From Alphaproteobacteria bacterium (GTDB lineage: Bacteria; Pseudomonadota; Alphaproteobacteria; SHVP01): a stretch of DNA of 64,000 bases. Position 1 is the stretch's first letter, and each line of letters starts with the position of its first letter. Location: the NCBI GenBank assembly GCA_947473325.1, contig CANJEJ010000001.1, forward strand, positions 15,255-79,254, read 5' to 3'. Position numbers and translations under genes: made by a program. The notes beneath the pieces were generated by a model. The model worked only from the letters and a program-made list of their open reading frames with translations. It was not told where the DNA came from and did no database searches. Of the stretch, positions 7,986-18,798 are shown one piece after another.

Positions 7986-9848
7986 TCAGGCCGAGAGATC
8001 GAGGTCCCGCCGCTTCACATGCCCCAGAAGCGCGGTCAGGGCTGCGGGCGTCACGCCCGAGATCCGCGCTGCCTGGCCCAGGGTTTCCGGACGGTGCCGC
8101 AACAGCAGCCCTCGGACCTCGTTCGACAGTCCCCCGACAGTGGCATAGTCGAGGGCCCGCGGCAGGGCCAGTTCTTCGTCACGGCGGAAGGCCCGGATGT
8201 CAGCGTCCTGGCGATCGAGATAGCCAGCATAGTGTGCGTCGATTTCGATCTGCTCCACGACAGACGGTTCCAGTGCTGCAAGCTGCGGCCATATACCGGC
8301 GAGCCGATCCATGCTCACGCCCGGATAGGCGAGCAGCTCCATGGCGGATCGACGCTGCCCGTCATGCGCCACGGCGATGCCATGCTGGAGAGCCTCCGGC
8401 GGCGTCAACGACAAGCCGGTGATCTCGGCGCGCGCAGACACGAGGGCCGATAGCTTCTGGCCGAAGCGCGCCCGGCGCTCAGGGCCAACTGCCCCCATTG
8501 ACAGAGCATTTGGCGTCAGGCGCTGGTCTGCATTATCCGCACGCAGTGTCAGGCGATATTCGGCGCGTGAGGTGAACATGCGATAGGGCTCGCTGACGCC
8601 GCGCGTGACCAAATCATCGATCAACACGCCGATATAGGCATCAGCGCGATCCAGAACGATGCCGTCCTGGGCGCCGGCGAGACGGGCCGCATTCAACCCC
8701 GCCATGAGGCCCTGGGCCGCCGCCTCTTCATATCCGGTGGTGCCGTTGATCTGGCCGGCCATAAAGAGGCCCGGGACCTTTCGGGTCTCCAATGTCGGGC
8801 GCAGTTCGCGTGGATCGATATGATCGTACTCGATGGCATAGCCGGGCTGCAAAATAGTGACGCGCTCCAGACCAGGAATGGTGCGCACCAGATCCTCCTG
8901 CACCACGCGCGGCAGCGACGTCGAAATGCCATTGGGATAGACGGTATCGTCGTCGAGCCCTTCCGGCTCGAGAAAAATCTGGTGTCGCTCGCGATCAGCG
9001 AAGCGGACAACCTTGTCCTCGATCGATGGGCAGTAGCGTGGACCCGAGCTCTTGATCTGGCCACTATACATCGGCGCCCGGTGGAGATTGGCGCGGATGA
9101 CGGCATGGGTGGCGGTCGTGGTCGTGGTGATGTGGCACGGCACCTGCGGTGTCGTTATCCGGCTGGTCAGGAAGGAGAAGGGCACCGGCGGATCGTCGCC
9201 CGGCTGCACCTCGGTTACCGTCCAGTCGATGGTGCGGCCATCAAGGCGGGGCGGCGTCCCGGTTTTCAGGCGGCCGAGCTGGAAACCTGCCCGCTCAAGC
9301 GTAGCGGACAGGCCGAGCGAGGGTGGCTCGCCGACGCGACCGGCGGGGATCGTTTCCTCGCCCATATGGATAAGGCCACGGAGGAAGGTCCCCGTCGTGA
9401 GAATGACCGCTCGCGCTTGAATCTTCTGGCCGTCGGCCAGAACAACGCCCGTGACGCGGCCCTGATCGAGGGTCAGGTCTTCGACACTACCCTCCCGGAT
9501 CCTCAGATTGGGCTGCTCTTCGAGCGCCGCTTGCATGGCCAGACGATAGAGCTTTCGGTCAGATTGAGCACGCGGGCCGCGAACGGCCGGACCTTTGCGT
9601 CGATTGAGAAGACGGAACTGGATGCCCGCCGCATCGGCGACCCGGCCCATCACTCCATCAAACGCGTCGATTTCGCGGACGAGATGGCCCTTGCCCAAAC
9701 CACCGATGGCGGGATTACAGGACATGGCGCCGATCGTGTCAGTCCGGCTGGTGACCAGCAGGGTCCGGGCGCCTAGACGCGCGGAGGCCGCCGCGGCCTC
9801 GCAGCCGGCATGACCCCCGCCGATCACAATGACATCGAAGCCCTTCAT
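7986..9848 (-). CDS. mnmG: tRNA uridine-5-carboxymethylaminomethyl modification enzyme MnmG (GidA)
   Basis: 620 aa. FAD motif [14 protein letters not shown], then full-length GidA-like sequence. Confidence 0.97.
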   Translation of the reverse strand: MKGFDVIVIGGGHAGCEAAAASARLGARTLLVTSRTDTIGAMSCNPAIGGLGKGHLVREIDAFDGVMGRVADAAGIQFRLLNRRKGPAVRGPRAQSDRKLYRLAMQAALEEQPNLRIREGSVEDLTLDQGRVTGVVLADGQKIQARAVILTTGTFLRGLIHMGEETIPAGRVGEPPSLGLSATLERAGFQLGRLKTGTPPRLDGRTIDWTVTEVQPGDDPPVPFSFLTSRITTPQVPCHITTTTTATHAVIRANLHRAPMYSGQIKSSGPRYCPSIEDKVVRFADRERHQIFLEPEGLDDDTVYPNGISTSLPRVVQEDLVRTIPGLERVTILQPGYAIEYDHIDPRELRPTLETRKVPGLFMAGQINGTTGYEEAAAQGLMAGLNAARLAGAQDGIVLDRADAYIGVLIDDLVTRGVSEPYRMFTSRAEYRLTLRADNADQRLTPNALSMGAVGPERRARFGQKLSALVSARAEITGLSLTPPEALQHGIAVAHDGQRRSAMELLAYPGVSMDRLAGIWPQLAALEPSVVEQIEIDAHYAGYLDRQDADIRAFRRDEELALPRALDYATVGGLSNEVRGLLLRHRPETLGQAARISGVTPAALTALLGHVKRRDLDLSA

Positions 9849-9899
9849 CGCGCGCGCAATCTATTCCCGGCCTGTGGACAAGTCCAGCGACGTCACCGC

Positions 9900-9915
9900 T
9901 GTTTCACATGAAACA
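9900..9915. other. parS centromere-like site 3 (TGTTTCACATGAAACA)
   Basis: Identical 16-mer to site 1, in the mnmG-mnmE intergenic gap. Confidence 0.85.
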
Positions 9916-9933
9916 CACGTCATGACCCCTGCC

Positions 9934-11262
9934 CTATTTGCCGATGCAGAAGTCGCGAAAGATGACATCGAGAAGATCCTCGACATCGACCCGACCCGTA
10001 ATTCGTCCCATAGCGCGGGCGGCGATCCGGAGATCTTCAGCGACGAGTTCGACCTCTGACCCCTCCAACGCCCGGTCCAGCGCAGCCAGTCCTTCCGTCA
10101 ACGCGAGCCGGTGGCGAACCTGGGTCAGCAATGGCGCGGCCACACCGGCTTCCAGTTGATCAGCAACCAGCGATCCCAGCGCCTGCTCGAGCTGGTCCAT
10201 GCCCTGCCCCGTTCGCGCCGATACAACCACCTCGCCCGCTCGTGGCCGTGGCCAGACCGGCAGCAGGTCGCATTTGTTGCGCACGACGAAGCGCACCGCG
10301 GCGTTAGCCAGCACGGCTCGTGTTTCGCTGTCCTCGCCCCTGGCGGCATCGAATACGCCGATGACAAGATCGGCCTGGGATGCCCGCTGGCGCGCACGCC
10401 GCACGCCCTCGCCCTCGACGGCGTCGTCGGTGTCCCGCAATCCCGCAGTATCGGCGAAGGTGACGGGGTAACCCGCGAGATCAAGCCGGACCTCGACGAC
10501 GTCGCGGGTCGTTCCGGCTGTTTCATGGACGATCGCGGCGTCGCGCCGCGCGAGACGGTTGAGCAGGCTCGACTTGCCGGCATTGGGCGCCCCGATGATC
10601 GCGATATGAAACCCGTCGCGGGTAATCTCGCCAATCCGGCGGTCATTGAGATGCGCGGCCATATCGTCGCGCAGGAGCCGGATTTGATTGCGGGCCGATT
10701 CCGTCAGGCCGGCAGGCAGGTCTTCGTCAGCGAAGTCGATATCAGCCTCCGCAAAGGCCAGGGCATTGATCAGCCGCGCGCGCCAGTCCTCGAAAAGATG
10801 CCCGAGCGCGCCATCGAGCTGGCGCAAAGCCTGCCGCCGCTGCCCCTCGGTTTCAGCTGCCACCAGATCGGCGACCGCCTCGGCCTGTGTCAGGTCCATC
10901 TTCCCGTTGATGAAAGAACGTTTCGTGAACTCTCCAGGTTCCGCGGGCCGCAAACCCGGTTGCTGCACCAGCGCCGCCATTGTGCGCTGCACAACGGCCC
11001 GCCCGCCATGGACGTGGAGTTCAACCACGTCCTCGCCGGTGTAACTTGCCGGCGCAGCGAAGAGCAGGGCGAGGCCATGATCGATCACCGTGCCATCAAC
11101 CGGATCACGCAGGGTGACCCGCGTGGCGTGACGCGGCGCGGGGCTGATCCCCGTCAGGGCCAGGAGCGCGGGTCGCGCCGCGGCGCCCGACAGGCGCAGC
11201 ACGGCGATGCCGCCCCGTCCCGGCGCGGTCGCCAAAGCAAAGATGGTGTCGCGGTCGGACAT
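9934..11262 (-). CDS. mnmE: tRNA modification GTPase MnmE (TrmE)
   Basis: Track ORF 9934..11343 trimmed to MSDRDTIFALATAPGRGGIAVLRLSG (ATG 11260-11262). G domain GAPNAGKSSLLN; C-terminal FCIGK. Confidence 0.95.
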   Translation of the reverse strand: MSDRDTIFALATAPGRGGIAVLRLSGAAARPALLALTGISPAPRHATRVTLRDPVDGTVIDHGLALLFAAPASYTGEDVVELHVHGGRAVVQRTMAALVQQPGLRPAEPGEFTKRSFINGKMDLTQAEAVADLVAAETEGQRRQALRQLDGALGHLFEDWRARLINALAFAEADIDFADEDLPAGLTESARNQIRLLRDDMAAHLNDRRIGEITRDGFHIAIIGAPNAGKSSLLNRLARRDAAIVHETAGTTRDVVEVRLDLAGYPVTFADTAGLRDTDDAVEGEGVRRARQRASQADLVIGVFDAARGEDSETRAVLANAAVRFVVRNKCDLLPVWPRPRAGEVVVSARTGQGMDQLEQALGSLVADQLEAGVAAPLLTQVRHRLALTEGLAALDRALEGSEVELVAEDLRIAARAMGRITGRVDVEDLLDVIFRDFCIGK

Positions 11263-11373
11263 GGCGGGCGCATATGACGCCGCGCTGCCGCCGGCCTCAA
11301 GCCCCCTGCGATGCCCATTCCGATCCATAGCGCACAGAAGCACGCAATTCCGGCAGCATCAGGGCCGTGATGT

Positions 11374-11652
11374 TCAGCCCTTCTTCGGACCGCTGGCGCC
11401 GGGCATACCTGGCATGTTGCCCCAGCCGTTCATCGCCTGGCCCCAGAAGTTTTTCATCATCGATTCCCAGTTCTGCGCATCCATCGGCACCCAGGTCTTC
11501 ATCATCGTCTGCGGGTCCATGGCTTCCATGCCCGCCATCATGCGGCCGCGGATCTGGTCCATCATTTCAGCCTGCAGCTGGGTCACGTCCGGCAGGCCGA
11601 AAAACGTGCGCGCCTCTTCGGGCGTGCAATCAATGTTGAAGTTCACTTTCAC
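11374..11652 (-). CDS. small conserved Met-rich protein of unknown function
   Basis: Only the 3' 279 nt of track ORF 11374..12222 look coding. GTG at 11650-11652 is preceded by AGGAG. VKVNFNIDCTPEEARTFFGLPDV is followed by a Met/Trp-rich tail. The rest of the ORF is antisense to the next gene. Confidence 0.6.
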   Translation of the reverse strand: MKVNFNIDCTPEEARTFFGLPDVTQLQAEMMDQIRGRMMAGMEAMDPQTMMKTWVPMDAQNWESMMKNFWGQAMNGWGNMPGMPGASGPKKG

Positions 11653-11763
11653 GGAACGCTCCTGCTGGCACGGGGTTGGGTTTCCACTATAGCAGCACAT
11701 CGGTGACAACATGGGTGCCGGTACCCTCGCATGATAGGGTGCCGCCGCGTTCCGGAGCCCGTC

Positions 11764-13803
<2,040 letters not shown>

Positions 13804-14468
13804 CTAGCGGAGCCCCTCGCGCAGCCGCTCGCGATTGCGCACGGCATCGGCCAAGTACGGATCAAGCCGGATTGCTTCATCGAAATCTGCGATAGCAATG
13901 TCGTTGCGCCGCAACCCAGCGCTTGCCATGCCGCGGCCATTCAAAAGCTTGGGCACGCCATAGAGTTGGAGGAATCGGGGATCGGATCGATGTATTTCGG
14001 ACCATATGATCCCATCGTCAAAATCGATCCAAGCACGCTGGTAGTCGCGCTTTTCGAGCCAAGCTTCGCCCCTCTCGAAGTAGGCCGCTGCGCTTCGTTT
14101 GTCGGTCTTGAGAACGATGTCCAGCACCTCGATCGCCGCATCGACACCTCCCGATTCCCGCCTGATGCCGGCCGCCATGGCGTGATAGTAAGAATCGCGG
14201 GGATACAGCTTGATCGCTTCAAAGGCATCGGCAAATGCGCGTTGCCACTCGCGCTTGGCGCGAAACGCTGCGCTGCGCTGCGCCAGAAGTACAGCTCCGC
14301 CATCGCATTCGGACCATATTCGTTTGCCTCGATCACCCGCGTGCAATCATTGATTCGCACATCGGGTACACGGGTCAAATCCTGGCAGTTCGCTCGGTCA
14401 GATTCCGGCTGCGCGGCAACAGGCGTTGCAAAAATGAAGATCAAGACCGTCAGCCACGGAAGTCGCAT
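13804..14468 (-). pseudogene. secreted TPR-repeat protein with reading frame broken at a pentanucleotide repeat
   Basis: Signal peptide plus the first TPR half are in frame A (14468 downward, ...NAMAELYFWRSAAQ). The remaining TPRs are in frame B (...AAFRAKREWQRAFADAFEAIKLYP... to 13804). The switch is at (GCAGC)3; removing one unit gives a continuous ...ELYFWRSAAFRAKREWQRAF... Confidence 0.6.
14266..14280. repeat. (CGCTG)x3 tandem pentanucleotide repeat at the frameshift point
   Basis: Plus strand cgctgcgctgcgctg, followed by a partial cgc. Confidence 0.9.
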
Positions 14469-14542
14469 GTGCCGTCCCTCTCGACCAGTCTAACGGGTTG
14501 CTGCGCCACCGGCGACGGACTCTCTGGCATACTGGTGCCTAC

Positions 14543-15001
14543 ATGACCCCCGCTCCCCAGCTCTCCCTCCACACCCCCGTCGGCGACGTCACGCTGAGCG
14601 AGGACGGCGGGGCCATCGTGTCGGTCGACTGGGGCTGGGCGGCGGTGCAGACTGAAACGGCGCTGCTGAAGCGGGCGCGCAAGCAGCTGCAGGATTATTT
14701 CGACGGCAAGCGGCGGGATTTCGACCTGCCGCTCAACCCGCATGGCACCGCGTTGCAGAAGAAGATCTGGGCCGGCATGGTCGCCATTCCTTATGGCGCG
14801 ACGCTGGCCTATGGCGAGCTTGGCAAGAAGGTTGGGGCCGGCGCGCGTGTCGTCGGCAATGCCTGTGGCCGCAATCCGTTGCCCATCCTTGTGCCCTGCC
14901 ACCGCGTGCTGGCTGCCCATGGGAAGCTTGGCTTCTATTCTGGCGAAGGCGGGGTCGATACCAAGGTCGCCCTGCTGCGGCTGGAAGGCGCGCTGCTGTA
15001 G
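14543..15001 (+). CDS. ogt: Methylated-DNA-protein-cysteine methyltransferase (Ogt/MGMT)
   Basis: Trimmed to MTPAPQLSLH; active site LVPCHRVL, NPLPI. Confidence 0.9.
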   Translation: MTPAPQLSLHTPVGDVTLSEDGGAIVSVDWGWAAVQTETALLKRARKQLQDYFDGKRRDFDLPLNPHGTALQKKIWAGMVAIPYGATLAYGELGKKVGAGARVVGNACGRNPLPILVPCHRVLAAHGKLGFYSGEGGVDTKVALLRLEGALL

Positions 15002-15070
15002 CGCGCCGTGACAAGCCGCAGGCTCCCCCGCTAGAGTCCCCGCCCCACCTGCAGCGAACGGGAGGATGCG

Positions 15071-15766
15071 ATGGCTGGCGAGATGATCACCCTCAAGGGC
15101 AAGGACGGAAGCTTTGGTGCCTATCTGGCGAAGCCCGCGGGCGGCAAGGGCCCCGGCGTCGTCTGCATCCAGGAAATCTTCGGCGTGAACGACTGGATGC
15201 GCGCCATCGCCGACGATTTCGCCGCCGCCGGTTTCGTCGCCCTGGTGCCGGACCTCTTCTGGCGCATCGAGCCCGGCATCCAGATCAATGGCGAGGGCGA
15301 AAAGGAATTCGGCCAGGCCTTCGGCCTCTATGGCAAGTTCAACCCCGACACCGGCATCCAGGACGTGCAGACCGCGATCACCCATCTGCGCAAGATGGCC
15401 GGCGTGAACGGAAAGGTCGGCACCACCGGATACTGCCTGGGTGGTTTCCTCGCCTATCTGTCCGCCTGCCGCACCGATGCGGATGCCAATGTTGGGTATT
15501 ACGGCGTCGGCATCGATTCGAAGCTCGACGAAGCGAAGGCGATCAGGACGCCGTTGATGCTGCATATCGCGACCAAGGACAAGTTCGTCACGCCGGAAGC
15601 GCAGCAGAAGGTACGCGACGGGCTGAAGACGAATCCGCATGTCACGATCCATGACTATCCGGAAGACCATGCCTTCGCGCGCAAGGGCGGCCATTCCTAT
15701 GTGAAGGCTTCGGCCGACACGGCGAACAAGCGCACGCTCGATTTCTTCAACAAGCATCTGGGGTAA
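15071..15766 (+). CDS. Dienelactone hydrolase family protein
   Basis: 231 aa. GVVCIQEIFGVN, nucleophile region GTTGYCLGG, HDYPEDHAF; typical carboxymethylenebutenolidase-like layout. Confidence 0.85.
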   Translation: MAGEMITLKGKDGSFGAYLAKPAGGKGPGVVCIQEIFGVNDWMRAIADDFAAAGFVALVPDLFWRIEPGIQINGEGEKEFGQAFGLYGKFNPDTGIQDVQTAITHLRKMAGVNGKVGTTGYCLGGFLAYLSACRTDADANVGYYGVGIDSKLDEAKAIRTPLMLHIATKDKFVTPEAQQKVRDGLKTNPHVTIHDYPEDHAFARKGGHSYVKASADTANKRTLDFFNKHLG

Positions 15767-15834
15767 GTGCTGGGACCGATCGGCCTGCCGACCGGCGACA
15801 CTTCCCCGTTACAACGAACAAGGAATTCTCTCCA

Positions 15835-16800
15835 ATGGTCAAAGCGATCCGCGCCTCCAAGCCCGGCGGTCTCGATGTCATGTCCTGGGATGATGTGGAG
15901 GTCGGCGCGCCCGGCAAGGGCGAGGTGCGGCTGAAGCAGACCGCCATCGGCGTCAACTTCATTGACACCTATCACCGCGCCGGCACCTATCCCGGCAGCG
16001 TCTATCCCGTGGTACTCGGTGTCGAGGGCGCGGGCGTGATCGAGGCGGTCGGCGACGGCGTCACCGGTTTCCGGAAAGGCGACCGCGTCTGCTATGCGCT
16101 CGCCCGCGGCTCCTATGCCGAGGAACGGCTGATCCCGGAGACAGCGCTGATGACGATTCCGGAGGGCGTCAGCGATGACGAGGCCGCGGCCGGCATCACC
16201 AAGGGCGTCACCGTCCATCACCTGTTCACCCGCGTGCGCCCGGTGCAGAAGGGCGACTTCGTGCTCTATCACGCCGCCGCAGGCGGTGTCGGCCTCATCG
16301 CCTGCCAATGGGCGAGGGCCATCGGCGTCAAGCTGATCGGCACGGCCTCGAGCGACGACAAGGCGAAGCTGGCGAAGGACCATGGCGCGGCCGAAGTCAT
16401 CGTCTACACGCGCGAGAATTTCGTCGACCGGGTGAAGGCGATCACCGACGGCGCGGGCGTCGTGCTCGCCATCGACGGAGTCGGCAAGTCGACGGCGAAG
16501 GATTCGGCCAAGTGCCTCGCCACCTATGGCACGCTTTGCACGATCGGCCAGGCGAGCGGCCCGTCCGACCTCAGCGTCGCCGACCTGCCCGCCTCGACCA
16601 ATTTCACCAAGGGATCGATCGCCACGCTGGTGCCGCGCCCGGTGGAACTGCGCGCCTCGGCGGCGGCGTTCTTCGACATGGTGCGGCGTGGCGCGGTGAA
16701 GATCGACATCAACCACCGCTTCGCCCTGAAGGATGCTGCCAAGGCCCATGCGGCGCTTGAAGGCCGCCAGACCACCGGCTCCATCATCCTGAAACCCTGA
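15835..16800 (+). CDS. NADPH:quinone oxidoreductase (zeta-crystallin/MDR family), paralogue 1
   Basis: 321 aa. IGVNFIDTYHRAGTYP, AAAGGVG dinucleotide motif, C-terminal GRQTTGSIILKP. Confidence 0.9.
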   Translation: MVKAIRASKPGGLDVMSWDDVEVGAPGKGEVRLKQTAIGVNFIDTYHRAGTYPGSVYPVVLGVEGAGVIEAVGDGVTGFRKGDRVCYALARGSYAEERLIPETALMTIPEGVSDDEAAAGITKGVTVHHLFTRVRPVQKGDFVLYHAAAGGVGLIACQWARAIGVKLIGTASSDDKAKLAKDHGAAEVIVYTRENFVDRVKAITDGAGVVLAIDGVGKSTAKDSAKCLATYGTLCTIGQASGPSDLSVADLPASTNFTKGSIATLVPRPVELRASAAAFFDMVRRGAVKIDINHRFALKDAAKAHAALEGRQTTGSIILKP

Positions 16801-16807
16801 GGTTGCC

Positions 16808-17296
16808 GTGGCCGGCTATGTCGACAAGGTTCTGCTCGCGGACGAACAGGTGGTCCATCGCGCCGCCGTGCACTGGGTGGTCTATGCCGGCGGCATCGCC
16901 TGGGTGGTGCTGGCGCTGATTTCCTTCATCGCCTCGTCGTCCTATGGCGCGCGGCTTGCCGTGACTGTCGGCAGCCAAGCCTATCACCCCCTGACGTGGC
17001 TGGGCTATGTGCTGCTCGTGCTCGGCACGTTGCGCCTGATGGGTGCGGCGCTCGAACAATGGACGACGGAACTTGCCATCACCTCGAAGCGCACCATCGC
17101 CAAGGTCGGCTTCATCCGCCGCGAGACCTGGGAGATCAATGCCTCCAAGATCGAAAGCGTCGAGGTCGACCAGTCAGTGTTCGGCCGCCTGCTCGGCTAC
17201 GGCACCGTCGTCGTCAAGGGCACCGGCGGCGGCACCACGCCGATGAAGCTGATCGCCGACCCCATCGCCTTCCGCAACCACATCACAGCACGATAG
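16808..17296 (+). CDS. membrane protein with bacterial PH (YdbS/YdbT-like) domain
   Basis: 162 aa, GTG start. Two TM helices, then TSKRTIAKVGFIRRETWEINASKIESVEVDQSVFGRLLGYGTVVVKGTGG. Confidence 0.75.
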   Translation: MAGYVDKVLLADEQVVHRAAVHWVVYAGGIAWVVLALISFIASSSYGARLAVTVGSQAYHPLTWLGYVLLVLGTLRLMGAALEQWTTELAITSKRTIAKVGFIRRETWEINASKIESVEVDQSVFGRLLGYGTVVVKGTGGGTTPMKLIADPIAFRNHITAR

Positions 17297-17300
17297 AATT

Positions 17301-17712
17301 CCCTCTCCCTGCTTGCAGGGGGAGGGCTAGGGAGGGGGTCTTGCAGCAGTCACCCCGTGCACGGCAACTCCGCCAATCTATGACCGAGGCTGAAACACGG
17401 CTCTGGTTTGCCCTGCGCCGCCGCCAGCTGGACGGCTTCTATTTTCGTCGGCAATTTCCTGTGGGTCCGTACATCGCCGACTTTGCCTGCACGGAAGCGC
17501 GCGTCATCGTGGAAGCAGATGGCGGCCAGCATGCAGAACGTCAGAATCATGATGCTACCCGCACGCAGTTTCTGAACGATCGCGGCTATCGCGTGCTGCG
17601 CTTCTGGAACAATGATGTGCTGACGAATATCGACGGTGTCCTGACGATTGTCCGCAACACCCTGTTGCAGGCGAACCCCCTCCCCAACCCTCCCCTGCAA
17701 GCAGGGAGAGGG
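17301..17712 (+). mobile_element. DUF559 endonuclease cassette bounded by 37-38 nt imperfect inverted repeats (REP-like hairpins)
   Basis: Left repeat 17301-17338 ccctctccctgcttgcagggggagggctagggaggggg. Right repeat 17676-17712 is its reverse complement with 2 mismatches and 1 indel. The interior looks visibly lower in GC than its flanks. Confidence 0.5.
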
Positions 17713-17718
17713 AGAAAG
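17341..17718 (+). CDS. DUF559 (Vsr-like) endonuclease-domain protein; no stop codon of its own before the next gene
   Basis: A TTG at 17341 gives LQQSPRARQLRQSMTEAETRLWFALRRRQLDGFYFRRQFPVGPYIADFAC...VIVEADGGQH...RVLRFWNNDV. The frame continues without a stop into the following qor paralogue. Confidence 0.6.
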
Positions 17719-18708
17719 ATGTCTGACATGACCGCTACCCACGCGCTGCGCTTCCACAAGACCGGCGGGCCCGAAGTGCTGCAATGGGACCGCATCGAGG
17801 TGCCGGCGCCCAGGCCGGGCGAGGTGCTGCTGCACCACACCGCCATCGGCGTCAATTTCCTCGACACCTATCACCGCGCGGGCACGCATCACGTGCAGCT
17901 GCCGCTGCCGGGCATCACCGGCTCGGAGGGCGTCGGCATCGTCGAAGCCGTCGGTGCCGGCGTCACGTCGGTGACGCCCGGGCAGCGCGCCGTCTATCCG
18001 CTCACCGCTGGTGCCTATGCGGAACGCCGGATCATCCCGGAAACGGATCTCGCCACGGTGCCCGACGGCCTTGCCGACGACGCCCTCGCCGCCACCTTCA
18101 TGAAAGGATTGACCGCCGGACACCTGCTGTTCGACATCGCGCGGGTGAAGCCGGGCGATGTGCTGCTGATGCATGCGGCGGCCGGCGGCGTCGGCCTGCT
18201 GCTCGGCCAATGGGCCAAGGCGCTTGGCTGCACCGTCATCGGCACTGCCAGCACGCCAGCCAAGGCGGAACTCGCCCGCGCGAACGGCTATGCCCATGTC
18301 ATCGACTACACGCGCGAGGATTTCGTCGCGCGGGTGAAGGACATCACCGCGGGTCGCGGCGTGCGCGCCGTGTTCGACGGTGTCGGCGAGACCACCTTCC
18401 TCGGCTCGCTGCAATGCGCGAAGGCACCCGACAGCGTGGTGGCGAGCTTCGGTCTAGCTTCCGGTCCGCTGCCGCGCTTCGGCTTCGCCGACCTTCCGCC
18501 GTCGGTCTTTGTCACCCGCGCAACGGTGAAGACGATCACCGCTGACCGTCCCGCCTACCTGCGCCACGCCGCGCGCTTCCTTGGCGCGCTGGGCGACGGA
18601 ACGTTGCGGCCGGTGATCGGCGGCCGCTACACGTTGCGCGATGGCGCCGAGGCGCACCGCGCTCTCGAATCGCGGCGCACCACCGGCTCGCTGGTCCTGT
18701 TGCCGTAA
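17719..18708 (+). CDS. NADPH:quinone oxidoreductase family, paralogue 2
   Basis: MSDMTATHALRFHKTGGPEVL, preceded by GGAGAAAG; IGVNFLDTYHRAG, AAAGGVG, SRRTTGSLVLLP. Confidence 0.85.
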   Translation: MSDMTATHALRFHKTGGPEVLQWDRIEVPAPRPGEVLLHHTAIGVNFLDTYHRAGTHHVQLPLPGITGSEGVGIVEAVGAGVTSVTPGQRAVYPLTAGAYAERRIIPETDLATVPDGLADDALAATFMKGLTAGHLLFDIARVKPGDVLLMHAAAGGVGLLLGQWAKALGCTVIGTASTPAKAELARANGYAHVIDYTREDFVARVKDITAGRGVRAVFDGVGETTFLGSLQCAKAPDSVVASFGLASGPLPRFGFADLPPSVFVTRATVKTITADRPAYLRHAARFLGALGDGTLRPVIGGRYTLRDGAEAHRALESRRTTGSLVLLP

Positions 18709-18798
18709 AGGGAAGCCTTGGCAAACCCCCGTTTTATTCGGCTTTACCGCTGCAAAGCGGTTCCGTGCTAGGAGTCCGCCCCTGAGTCGGGAGGGGGC

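Noticed and set aside
16996-17340. N-terminal 115 codons of the 570-aa track ORF 16996-18708
   Set aside because: This part overlaps the PH-domain gene in another frame and crosses the left REP-like repeat. Only the DUF559 segment (from 17341) and the qor segment (from 17719) look coding.
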